Below are positions 40,708 to 50,253 of a DNA stretch of 64,000 nt, one piece after another. Position 1 is the first letter of the stretch, and every line of letters begins with the position of its first letter. Position numbers and translations under genes: made by a program. Source of the stretch: Giardia intestinalis (Eukaryota); NCBI GenBank assembly GCA_000002435.2, contig CM018793.1. One strand, given 5' to 3'. The notes beneath the pieces were generated by a model. The model was not told where the DNA came from and did no database searches. It saw only the letters and a program-made list of their open reading frames with translations.

Positions 40708-42603
40708 ATGACAAGGAGTAACAAGGAGCCCATTACCGTCATGTATGCCTCCGCAACAGGCACAATACAGCGACTAGCCGACCAATTGGTTGGAGACTTG
40801 TGTGCCCGCGAAGCTAGCGTCTCCAGTATCAATATGAAGGCGTTTGCAAAGCCGTATAATATACCTCGTGGGACGATCATTTATATGACGTGCACCTTTT
40901 TTGCTGGGGAGCACCCTCCGGCCTCCAAGGAGTTCATTGCGTGGTTACAGACCGTGAATCCGAGCTTGAGACCGTTCCGAGACATCAGATTTGCAGTATT
41001 TGGCATGGGATCGAAGAATTACACTACCTTCTGTGCAGCGTCGAAGAATGCTGATAAAAGCATCGAGATATTTGGAGGCACTCGGATACTTGATGCACTA
41101 CACCTTGACCGGGACGAGTTCAAAAGTGATGACAGCGCGTACATTCACTGGAAGAAGGATCTTTTCAAAGTGCTAGGCCTTTCTGAACAACCGGTCATTT
41201 CCACCAACAAGATCATAGTCACAAAGAACACCTCTCTTCCAGACAAGTGGGTTTGCGACGTGTCTCCTCTTGGCTATAAAAGAGGTATAATGTCCAAGGT
41301 AAAGGTGCTCAGCGACGGAAAAGTCGACGGCGTTGTTCACCTCTATGAGATCACGTGTCCGTGCATGAAGTACGAGGCCGGCGGACACTGTGCCATTCTC
41401 CCACGAAATCGAGCAGAGGACATCAAGGCCCTGCTTGCCAAGGGACATATATCACTAGATCATGGGTGTAAGGTGGTAGCAGAGGCATCAGATATTGTGG
41501 TTGTCGAACACGCAAGCTGGGTCCGCTCTGCAGTCAACGCTGTTCTACCGCTAGGTAGACCGATCTATGTATTAGATCTCCTCTCTCAATACTTAGACTT
41601 TTCAACGGTAATAGATTTCACCAGCTTCAAAGAGCTGGTTCCTTACGTTACCGACGGAGCTCAATACAGACAGGCTCTCCATATGTTGGAAGATCCTACT
41701 CTCTTTAAAACCGTGTTCCTAGATACAAGGCTGAACATGATAGATATATTTACCAAGTTCTCCTCCCTCAAGGTCCCCATTCATACACTCATCGAACACA
41801 TGCCAGCTATGACCCATCGCATGTACTCTATAGCATCTGCTCCAAGCTATGTCGGAGAAACTAGATTGCAATTTATTGTCTCGGATGTCGACTTCGAATG
41901 CGAAACTCTCAGCAAGACTATCGAGAAGAGACCTGGTCTCTCTACTGGATATCTTTCCCGTTTGCAAGAGGGAAGCGCCGTCTTCTTCCAGACATTCAGT
42001 TCACCTGTGAGGTGTGGGGATGAGTTCAGAGGCGTTCCATCTATTACAGTTGGTCTGGGGACTGGGCTAGCTCCGTGCCGATCTCGATTACAGCATCGCT
42101 TAGCTTTGCGGCTAGAGCAGCTCAAGCGGGCCGCTCCTGGCGAGTTTATTCAGCCACTTGACCCATACATGACATTCATAGGACTGCGTCGTGAATCAGA
42201 TCTTAAGGAGCTCATCGACGAGTTGAGGGATTTTGTTCGTAAAGGGATTGCAACCATCTTCGTAGCCTTTTCTCGCGAAGAAAAAAGCCGAGAGTGGTTT
42301 GAGATCATACCCAATGATGCTGATGGGCACGCTCTTGCAGATGTGGATAAGACAGCATTTTGTGCGGAGTATAAGTGCTATGTAACGCGTCTAATGGGTG
42401 AATATGCAAATAATATACGGAACTTTGTAACAAGCAAAGACACGTGCGTTATAACGTATTGTGGTAAGGCTGGGAATGTACCACAGGAAATTGAAGGGGT
42501 TATCCTACGATCTCTTGTTAGTAGCGGAATGACAGAAAAGGATGCTAAGGCTCGCTGGGAGAAATTGCGTGCAGACCAGAACCTTATCTTTGAGGCTTGG
42601 TAG
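40708..42603 (+). CDS. NADPH-dependent diflavin oxidoreductase (flavodoxin plus FAD/NADPH-binding FNR-like domains)
   Basis: 631-aa ORF. N-terminal flavodoxin ITVMYASATGTIQRLADQL, FAD-binding RMYSIASAP, NADPH-binding GLGTGLAP. Confidence 0.85.
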   Translation: MTRSNKEPITVMYASATGTIQRLADQLVGDLCAREASVSSINMKAFAKPYNIPRGTIIYMTCTFFAGEHPPASKEFIAWLQTVNPSLRPFRDIRFAVFGMGSKNYTTFCAASKNADKSIEIFGGTRILDALHLDRDEFKSDDSAYIHWKKDLFKVLGLSEQPVISTNKIIVTKNTSLPDKWVCDVSPLGYKRGIMSKVKVLSDGKVDGVVHLYEITCPCMKYEAGGHCAILPRNRAEDIKALLAKGHISLDHGCKVVAEASDIVVVEHASWVRSAVNAVLPLGRPIYVLDLLSQYLDFSTVIDFTSFKELVPYVTDGAQYRQALHMLEDPTLFKTVFLDTRLNMIDIFTKFSSLKVPIHTLIEHMPAMTHRMYSIASAPSYVGETRLQFIVSDVDFECETLSKTIEKRPGLSTGYLSRLQEGSAVFFQTFSSPVRCGDEFRGVPSITVGLGTGLAPCRSRLQHRLALRLEQLKRAAPGEFIQPLDPYMTFIGLRRESDLKELIDELRDFVRKGIATIFVAFSREEKSREWFEIIPNDADGHALADVDKTAFCAEYKCYVTRLMGEYANNIRNFVTSKDTCVITYCGKAGNVPQEIEGVILRSLVSSGMTEKDAKARWEKLRADQNLIFEAW

Positions 42604-42630
42604 CCATCAAATCTAGCGAAGTGAACACTT

Positions 42631-44265
42631 CTATAGTTGACTACAGATGCACTTGCTATCATCCAGCGCGGCACCGCAAAGGGGACAAGGCACCTCTCCT
42701 GACTGCGCTCGCCATTCTAGTTTCTTTGACAGCCCGCAGACAGCCTCTGGAGACGGTACTAATTCACGAAGAAGTGGCATAAGGTACTGTTTTTCCTCAG
42801 AAAGAGGGACAAGACTTAGCATTTTGGATGAGTTAGTATTAGTTAGAAGAGGGTCTGCATAGCATTTGAGCACATGCTCAGGAATAGAAAGGAAAGGTCG
42901 AAACAATGAAACATGCCCTAGCTGCCGCTTTGGCTTATAAAGCTGAGTAGCATCAGATAGATATCGCTTGTATGCGATTGTAGGGTCCACTTGAAGATTA
43001 GGAAACTCAAGAAACTCTTCTGCGGAAGCAATACCAGGGCTCAGATCACCTAGAACAGCAGAGTGCATGATTGTGCTAGCCACAGAGTTTGAGTCACGAA
43101 TATCGAACACCAGTGGGATATTTTCTGCTTGAGCATGATGTAGGGCTGAGTGGAGAATAGAAAAGTAACCAGCACCTTCATCGTTGTGTTGTCTAAGACT
43201 GTAAGGTAGCATCACATCATCCAATGCACTGACGGAAGAGCCTAAGTAGTCACGCATGTAATTCCGAAAGGCAGTGAAACAGAGATTTGAGAAGGATAGT
43301 ACGAGGAATCTGCCACCCGGAAAGAACACAGGACACCGCGCAAGGGTTTTGGTGAGTGCTCGTTTAAGCTCCTCTCGAAGACAGACTACGCATCCCTTTG
43401 AGCCTTTGAATATAATGCCTTCAGCAGAGCTTCCGCAGCGAGGGCAGCAACCAACTGATCCGCTCTGTACTGAAGATTGGGGGGCTACAGATACATCAAT
43501 GCCCCACCGTCTTTTGAAGAGTTCACCTATCTCCTTATAATGAGCGTCAACCTGCTTATTAACCCAGGGGCTCCTCTTATAGATTAGGACTGCCTGGGCA
43601 AGGAAGAAGGTCAGGATATTGTCAAGATTGCGCGTGACCAACCCTTGCTGGTTCAGCTCTGAAAGTAAGTAGTAAAGCGCCTCTGCACTGGAAAGACAGC
43701 CGCTATTCTTCTGCTTGTGCTGTCTCCAAAAGATTGTTGTGTAGGGCTCCAACTCCACAAGTTGAACGCTGGGTGTGCACTTCTGTGCATCAGACGCAGT
43801 GGTTATGTTAGAAGAAGGGGAGTACAGTCCCAGTTGACGCAAGCACTTGTTAACCTGGTTCCATGTGCAGTCTAAAATGTAGATTCGACGAATCGCGCTC
43901 CACTGTACCTCAGAGACTTTCTTTGCACCTCTCCCAGTCATAAGGAGAACTGATCCATTCTCCAGAGTGTCTCTGAGATCTTCTTCAGCCTCCCCGGAAA
44001 AGTACCTTACCGTTACATTTTCTGAAGAAGTCACCACACCGTGAACCGATGACTTGGAGTTCTTCTCCCCACGGTAGCAAAGGAAGCTCACTGGTATCGG
44101 AGGCCTTGCAGGGCTAAAGCTGGGGGCATTGGTTAAAAGGTGACAAAAGTAGCAGTACCACTGCTGCATTGAGCCACATTTTGGACACTTTGCACGTGTT
44201 CTAATAGACAGCAACGTTGAAGGACTCACTTCGGGCACAATTGTCTCTAAAATCGTTGACATCAT
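42631..44265 (-). CDS. DTW-domain protein (tRNA acp3U transferase-like) with long C-terminal extension
   Basis: 544-aa ORF. N-terminal CPKCGS..CYFCH Cys cluster and IYILDCTWNQ (DTW motif). Second Cys cluster CPLCGAALDDSKCIC at the C-terminus. Confidence 0.6.
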   Translation of the reverse strand: MMSTILETIVPEVSPSTLLSIRTRAKCPKCGSMQQWYCYFCHLLTNAPSFSPARPPIPVSFLCYRGEKNSKSSVHGVVTSSENVTVRYFSGEAEEDLRDTLENGSVLLMTGRGAKKVSEVQWSAIRRIYILDCTWNQVNKCLRQLGLYSPSSNITTASDAQKCTPSVQLVELEPYTTIFWRQHKQKNSGCLSSAEALYYLLSELNQQGLVTRNLDNILTFFLAQAVLIYKRSPWVNKQVDAHYKEIGELFKRRWGIDVSVAPQSSVQSGSVGCCPRCGSSAEGIIFKGSKGCVVCLREELKRALTKTLARCPVFFPGGRFLVLSFSNLCFTAFRNYMRDYLGSSVSALDDVMLPYSLRQHNDEGAGYFSILHSALHHAQAENIPLVFDIRDSNSVASTIMHSAVLGDLSPGIASAEEFLEFPNLQVDPTIAYKRYLSDATQLYKPKRQLGHVSLFRPFLSIPEHVLKCYADPLLTNTNSSKMLSLVPLSEEKQYLMPLLRELVPSPEAVCGLSKKLEWRAQSGEVPCPLCGAALDDSKCICSQL

Positions 44266-44316
44266 GCTCTTCGTCTGAAAATAAAAACAGGCTCCCTAGT
44301 ATTCTTAGCCCGCGGA

Positions 44317-46164
44317 ATGAATCTGGAGGAGCTGCTGAAACCCTTTAAAGATGCGTCAGCAGCGTGGGAAATAGATATAGCACAAATTCTAGACGAATAC
44401 ATTGAGGAATCAGACCTCCACAGCGAATTTATAGACTTCCGTAGTATAGCTACATTGCTTAAGGGAAGCACAAATGTCTTTGCACGGAAAGTGGATTATA
44501 TCCACGACTTTGCTACAAGAATGTTTTCAAACTGCAGCGCACACATCCAGATAAGACCCAAGGGAGCGCGTCGGGCCCAGCCAAGCAGAGACGGGCTTTC
44601 CGCACAGATCGTTGACTGCTCTGAGCTACCAGATTTACAGTCGTATGTTACTAGTCTTTGTGGACCAATCCCGCCCCAGATTGCCGAAGATTTTCTGTCA
44701 CGAAAGCTATTCGTTTCAGACGTATGTACAGACATAGCAAACATTGATTACAAAATTATTCCCAAGCAGCCTGCTACTGTTCTACTCGCAGGGGAGACTG
44801 ATAATGCAGTGCCAACGGCCACACCATTTTACCGAGCCCATAGGGACATGTTGACGGGAGCTCTTTTGCTTGAAACATGGAACGCTGGAGCCCTTATTTG
44901 TGCACTGGGGAGTTCACTCAAGGATTGTTCTAACAGTCAGATGGATGTGCACTTAACTGAAAACCTTTCTGAACCAAATCAACCAGAACGTTCATCTGTA
45001 GCTCTAGTGGATAGATTTGTGGACCCTGTTCCTGTCTGCATGGTTACTCCTATTGCCCTTTCCTCGGTGAACATGGGTGGGTTGAGCACACCACATAACA
45101 GTAGGGTCGACCTCCTGCACGGAGCAACAGGTATAGACATTCCCGAAGATAGGCATGACGCTCACACTGTCGTAGATGAGGACTTATCAAGAGTACCAAT
45201 GGTAGATGCGATAACACATGACAGTTCAACCGAATCTACTCTGAATCAAGCTCCAGTTGGTTTAGAACACGCTAGAAATGACCATAATAATTCAGGACCT
45301 AAAGTACCAGCTACTTCTACCCATACACTTACAAATCAACGCAAGTTATTTGATCTGTCTATCAACTCAACATATCGAGACTTGATAGACAAACTTACAG
45401 TAGCAATTACAAAAGACACCAACACACATAAGCATCACGCAAAATCGCGACGCACTTATCTTAATCCACGCGCCCTTCAAGTAGCAAGAGATGCTCGGCT
45501 CAAAGAGATTGAGGCGCACCCAGACGGATTTCGGCAATGTGTAATCAAGGAGAGTCTACTCGGGGTCTGTAGCAACATTATTTCTTTAGGTGACAGCACC
45601 ACCACCAACACTAAGCGGCAATCTGGACAGCAAGTGAAGAGAACAGCAGCACCAAACCAACCGTCACCCGATGCAATACTCGTTACAAATATTGATCCTA
45701 ATAATCCCAACGAGCCCGATGATCTAGCTTCTGGAGCCATCAGCGATGGAACTTATGATCCACCTGTATCTATTGGACAGGCACACGACACCTCAGAGTC
45801 CACTTTAGTAAGAAGAGACGGCACAGCCGAACGTACCAGTTTTGAATCTGTCATCCAAAAAAAGATCTTAGAAATCCAAAGAGAGGCGGCTATTTATAGT
45901 ACTTCTAAACCTATTTTAAAATGGAGTACGTACGTTGAGAATGTACTTTCTGATGAAGAAAGCCGACCACTGTTCAATATAGAATTGCTTTTGGAGAAGT
46001 ACAGGTGCGAACTTACAACATCTAGGACACAGCTATCAACCTTATGCAAATCAACACACAGTAGGTATGACATAGTGCGATCGTTTGCTGCTATTCTCCA
46101 TATTGCTAGTGAAAAGGAATGCGTGCTATCCAGTACAGAAGACGGCGACGTTATTATAAATTAG
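44317..46164 (+). CDS. condensin-II kleisin subunit H2-like (NCAPH2)
   Basis: 615-aa ORF. N-terminus LLKPFKDASAAWEIDIAQILDEYIEE...FIDFRSIATLLKGSTNVFARKVDYIHDFA parallels NCAPH2 [27 protein letters not shown]...[26 protein letters not shown]. The 3' end overlaps the convergent USP gene by 11 bp. Confidence 0.6.
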   Translation: MNLEELLKPFKDASAAWEIDIAQILDEYIEESDLHSEFIDFRSIATLLKGSTNVFARKVDYIHDFATRMFSNCSAHIQIRPKGARRAQPSRDGLSAQIVDCSELPDLQSYVTSLCGPIPPQIAEDFLSRKLFVSDVCTDIANIDYKIIPKQPATVLLAGETDNAVPTATPFYRAHRDMLTGALLLETWNAGALICALGSSLKDCSNSQMDVHLTENLSEPNQPERSSVALVDRFVDPVPVCMVTPIALSSVNMGGLSTPHNSRVDLLHGATGIDIPEDRHDAHTVVDEDLSRVPMVDAITHDSSTESTLNQAPVGLEHARNDHNNSGPKVPATSTHTLTNQRKLFDLSINSTYRDLIDKLTVAITKDTNTHKHHAKSRRTYLNPRALQVARDARLKEIEAHPDGFRQCVIKESLLGVCSNIISLGDSTTTNTKRQSGQQVKRTAAPNQPSPDAILVTNIDPNNPNEPDDLASGAISDGTYDPPVSIGQAHDTSESTLVRRDGTAERTSFESVIQKKILEIQREAAIYSTSKPILKWSTYVENVLSDEESRPLFNIELLLEKYRCELTTSRTQLSTLCKSTHSRYDIVRSFAAILHIASEKECVLSSTEDGDVIIN

Positions 46165-49100
46165 GTCCTTTCTGTGCGCGTGCGTGTGCAAGTAGGAGTC
46201 TATCATCTCCCGGTATTACCTCTGAAAACTTATGCTGGAGCCTGCAAGTCCATATTTCTACTTTCTCACACACCTTATCTTTGCTATTGGTATCGCTTAT
46301 GATTGAATGTTCGGTCTTAAACAGCATCGTGCCAGTCATATTTTGCGAGGCTAGCAACAGCTCGTCTTGAAAGGTAGAGTATATGTTTTGGGGCGCCCAG
46401 AGCAGCCTTGCGTGGGGATTATATCCATTTAGTGTCACCTGCATGTTAGGAGAGCGCTTACTAGTGGCGAGAAACAAGCTAGCATATTCATGAGAAACAC
46501 GCAGAGCGCTAATAACTGCCTCAGGATCTTCTCTATCAATAGTGAGGACCTGTCCGATCCCAGTGTATCCTTCAGTTTCAGTTTTATAATATAATATTGT
46601 GTTAGGACGCTTTTCACATACATCACATCTCAGAATACCATTTATATTTATGGGATTGCCTCGCACGGTCAGCAGAGACAGGCTCAGATCCTCCAAGAAT
46701 GAGCATATACACCCGTTGACATCTGCAAGAGACAGTATGTATGTGTATTCGTGACGCTCCTGGTAATGAAATAGGGCGTAGAGAAAGTCGCGCAGTTGAG
46801 CCATTAACATTTTTATATTCTGCCACCCTTGTTCTCTGGGCATCGGCATAATGAGGTCTGCCATCGGAAGGTTGTGCACTACAAGAAGAACTCTTACTGG
46901 ACGAACGGAGGCTATGCGTGAGTAGAGGACTCTAGAGAAAGCATACTTTAACCGAATGGTCCTTGCATCTACACAGGGTTCACTACTCGCATGTGGGCCG
47001 ATATATGATTGCCGAGTTTGCTGTGCTCCTGGTCCAAAGCAAAATCTTTTTCTCAGGCTGGTAGGAGACAACGAAAAGATACCGCTGTCTAACAGTTTTG
47101 AGGGATCGGCTTTTTTTGGTAGTATATCTTCTATCGTAGTAAGTCCCCGCTGTACTGGATTTACAAAAAGCTGATTTGTCGACACACAACTACGCTCGTT
47201 AATGGTGAACAATCCAATCATTCGCAAAACATCTGATTTTCCTTGGAAGTCAATAGATCTTGCGCGAGATGATTCAGACAAAAATGCTACGTGTTCATCA
47301 GCTGGAGTTGAGACCTTTTCGTGTATGTACGCGTCATGCTTGTATATGTTCAACGCACAACTTTCTCCTCGAAGGCACTCTGGAAGATCAATCTGGAGAA
47401 AGTCAATAACTTCTTTAAAATTAATTGTGGCAACACAGATTTTAGTACCATACTCAATTATCCGTACAAGCGGTTGCTCTACAATCTTCGTGTACAGATC
47501 ATGCGAAATCTCTTCCAAGGTACACTTTGGAGACACCATTACTTTTATCGACGGAAAAAGATCTGAGCAGGGTGTTACCTCAAGAGTATAGTGTGTGGAC
47601 GGATACTTATTAACATATTCTAAATATAGAGGAATCTGTTGAACTACCGCGCGTGACAGAGGCATCATGAACAGACCTGCTAACTTGAGAGCATGCATTC
47701 CTACGGGGGGACATGTTTCCAGCTCAAGTGGTTCTAAGCTCAGTTCTACCCTGTCGTTAACTTCATAGATAAACTCTTTAAAGGAAGGTGCTCGGTCTAT
47801 GCATGATCCAGATGCTTCTGATACCGGATTGCTCGGGTCTAGACCCAAATAGAGCATTCCAGAGGCTACTGGCTCTGTCTGTCGTTCTATGGGAGAGAGC
47901 TGGTGGTCCTGTGATCTTTTATAATAGAGACGAAAGTCAAGTTCGGCCATCAGTTTTTCATTAGAAGAATCTGGTGAGCTCTGATGGCACGCTTCGAGAA
48001 CATATCTTATAAAAGTACGCTTCGCCAACGATGCAACATTTGTCTTTGTAGCCTGGTCAGTTATAAGCTCTCCTAAAAGTGTGCATCCACTAGCTAGAAC
48101 AGAACATGAAGGAAGAGAAAGGTCCGGTGACACTGTTGCTATGAGTCTGCGAATCAGAACAATGTCCTCCTTTGTTAGGTATAATATTAAGAAGAAGAGC
48201 TGCGAATTATAACTTGCTTTTTGCGTTGTGAAGTACCACAGCGTCTGTTCTCCGTGACAACTAGAAGAACTAGTTTTCTGCTCTATATCTACTATAGGCC
48301 ACGTAATATTACAAGAATAATTAAGAGGCTTTTGAATGCAAAGGATCTTATTATTTTTAACAAAGAGGGGGTAAATTGAGACTGCAGACCAATCCGGTGC
48401 GCATCCCCGATTGCGAAGAAACTCCAACCCAGCGAAACAAGGAAGTTCATAGGTAGTGGGTGTGATAGTGATAATACCGTCAGGAGAGACACCAGTTAGC
48501 CTTTGTGATAGGACTGAGACTCTCCTCGTATGTTGTTTGGTCGACAACGTAGTTAGCTGCTTCAAAGTGGACCTGTGCTTCTGTACTTGCTGCCAATAAA
48601 TCTTCTCAATCGGATACTTATTTGATCTACATATGTGCTGGAATGCAGAGACCCTCATATAGAACAGCATATATATTGTCTCTTTCTTCTGGTTGTCAAT
48701 TGACAGTACTCTTGTTATATCAACTAACGATATATGAGAGTCACTAATTCTATAGCAGCGTACATCGGAAAGGGATAAGTTACATGAGGGACCAACCAGA
48801 GTCTCATCTGTCAACAAATCTGACTCCATGTCTGAGGCACGTGCGACAGACAGTGGCTGATCCGAAGGAACATATAGATAGGGAAGCACATATGCAAGAT
48901 AATGTCCGTGGCCGCTTGTTCCCTGATGAGTTATGACTGAGACTAATATGTACTTGCTATCCGCGTCACTTAGAAACTCCGTAGCGCCTTGGACCTTTGA
49001 TAAATCCAGGCGCTCAGATAGCCTAATTGGTGACATATCTTTTTCAACAGCTGCTTTCTTTGGATTGTAGATTGATCTCTGAAGCGAAATGATAAGAACA

Positions 49101-50203
49101 TCCGGCAACCTCTTGATTGTATAAGTGACTGCTGTCTGAGAAACATTGTTATGCATCAGATTTTCCTTTTCAAAAAGCGTGCGGAGGCTATCATCCAGCT
49201 TTCCGGTTAATGGCGCTGGAACATTTATAAAAAGGTCATGCTGGGGCACTATATCTTTTGAAGTGGAGTCTGTGGAAACACCCGGCTTCTTTCCCCTTTC
49301 TATGAGCTTATAGCCCTCTATCAAGAAGAGCTTGTGAATATCTGATTCTATCGGAGTGTTCCGCAACTGATCAAACATAAACAAGATGAATTCCTGAGCG
49401 TCTCCTTGAGCATTTATATCAGGCAACAGTGTACTGAGAAAAGAGATAAACTTCTGTGTATCAAGGGCTTGAAAAGTAGTACTTATACTGGGAATGATAG
49501 CTTCACTACAGAGCGCAGTCTTCAGGGCAAGCGCGTTGACCAGCATTTCAGTAAATAGAGTTTGCAACTCCGTCAGAAAGTTTTGTGCTCCTTCACGTGA
49601 TGTAATAACTAAATACCGGAATTTAGGAAGTGAGAACAACGCCTGTAAGGTAACGTTAATATAGCACGTCATCCCTTGGTTGGTGAGCCCCGGCATATAC
49701 ATGGAGGGAGAGAGAAGCTGCGACGCTTCAGACGAAGATATCGGATCTGGGCTATAGTGAATGTCTACCACAAAAGACACGTCGTTGTTTAGAAGGTCGG
49801 AGGAACATATTTCATAAAAGGTGCTACTCAGGAGCAAACCATTGTATAGAAACTCGTGCGTCTGCTTTACACTGCCGGAAGACTGTGTAGAAGGGGGTAT
49901 CTGTATATCAAGCTTACAAGAAAGCTGCTTGACCCATATGCAAGGTCCAAAGGTGCGAAGCAAGAGCCTCTTCTCTTCCCAGCAAATGTGGCAATAAACA
50001 CCTCTAACTATGAAAGAGGGGGAATAGAGGGTAGTACCACAGCCACAGCAATGCCATAGCACGTGAGTATCTGCAAGTTGTTCTATGTCATTCATGAAAG
50101 TGGGCAAACAAGAAATGGACAAGGCCTTGGTTCGCTTCTTGAAATGCCGAAGTCTCCAGAATAAAAATATGAAGGACTTTAATTTACAGTACAGGCAGCC
50201 CAA
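46154..50203 (-). CDS. ubiquitin carboxyl-terminal hydrolase (USP, peptidase C19) with ~900-aa C-terminal extension
   Basis: 1349-aa ORF. Cys box GLTNQGMTCYINVTLQALF, His box YILVSVITHQGTSGHGHYLAYV. Confidence 0.85.
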   Translation of the reverse strand: MGCLYCKLKSFIFLFWRLRHFKKRTKALSISCLPTFMNDIEQLADTHVLWHCCGCGTTLYSPSFIVRGVYCHICWEEKRLLLRTFGPCIWVKQLSCKLDIQIPPSTQSSGSVKQTHEFLYNGLLLSSTFYEICSSDLLNNDVSFVVDIHYSPDPISSSEASQLLSPSMYMPGLTNQGMTCYINVTLQALFSLPKFRYLVITSREGAQNFLTELQTLFTEMLVNALALKTALCSEAIIPSISTTFQALDTQKFISFLSTLLPDINAQGDAQEFILFMFDQLRNTPIESDIHKLFLIEGYKLIERGKKPGVSTDSTSKDIVPQHDLFINVPAPLTGKLDDSLRTLFEKENLMHNNVSQTAVTYTIKRLPDVLIISLQRSIYNPKKAAVEKDMSPIRLSERLDLSKVQGATEFLSDADSKYILVSVITHQGTSGHGHYLAYVLPYLYVPSDQPLSVARASDMESDLLTDETLVGPSCNLSLSDVRCYRISDSHISLVDITRVLSIDNQKKETIYMLFYMRVSAFQHICRSNKYPIEKIYWQQVQKHRSTLKQLTTLSTKQHTRRVSVLSQRLTGVSPDGIITITPTTYELPCFAGLEFLRNRGCAPDWSAVSIYPLFVKNNKILCIQKPLNYSCNITWPIVDIEQKTSSSSCHGEQTLWYFTTQKASYNSQLFFLILYLTKEDIVLIRRLIATVSPDLSLPSCSVLASGCTLLGELITDQATKTNVASLAKRTFIRYVLEACHQSSPDSSNEKLMAELDFRLYYKRSQDHQLSPIERQTEPVASGMLYLGLDPSNPVSEASGSCIDRAPSFKEFIYEVNDRVELSLEPLELETCPPVGMHALKLAGLFMMPLSRAVVQQIPLYLEYVNKYPSTHYTLEVTPCSDLFPSIKVMVSPKCTLEEISHDLYTKIVEQPLVRIIEYGTKICVATINFKEVIDFLQIDLPECLRGESCALNIYKHDAYIHEKVSTPADEHVAFLSESSRARSIDFQGKSDVLRMIGLFTINERSCVSTNQLFVNPVQRGLTTIEDILPKKADPSKLLDSGIFSLSPTSLRKRFCFGPGAQQTRQSYIGPHASSEPCVDARTIRLKYAFSRVLYSRIASVRPVRVLLVVHNLPMADLIMPMPREQGWQNIKMLMAQLRDFLYALFHYQERHEYTYILSLADVNGCICSFLEDLSLSLLTVRGNPININGILRCDVCEKRPNTILYYKTETEGYTGIGQVLTIDREDPEAVISALRVSHEYASLFLATSKRSPNMQVTLNGYNPHARLLWAPQNIYSTFQDELLLASQNMTGTMLFKTEHSIISDTNSKDKVCEKVEIWTCRLQHKFSEVIPGDDRLLLAHARAQKGPNL

Positions 50204-50253
50204 TTGGTCAAATTCCTTCCTCCTAAAAATATACAGAGCGACGCCAATCCATG

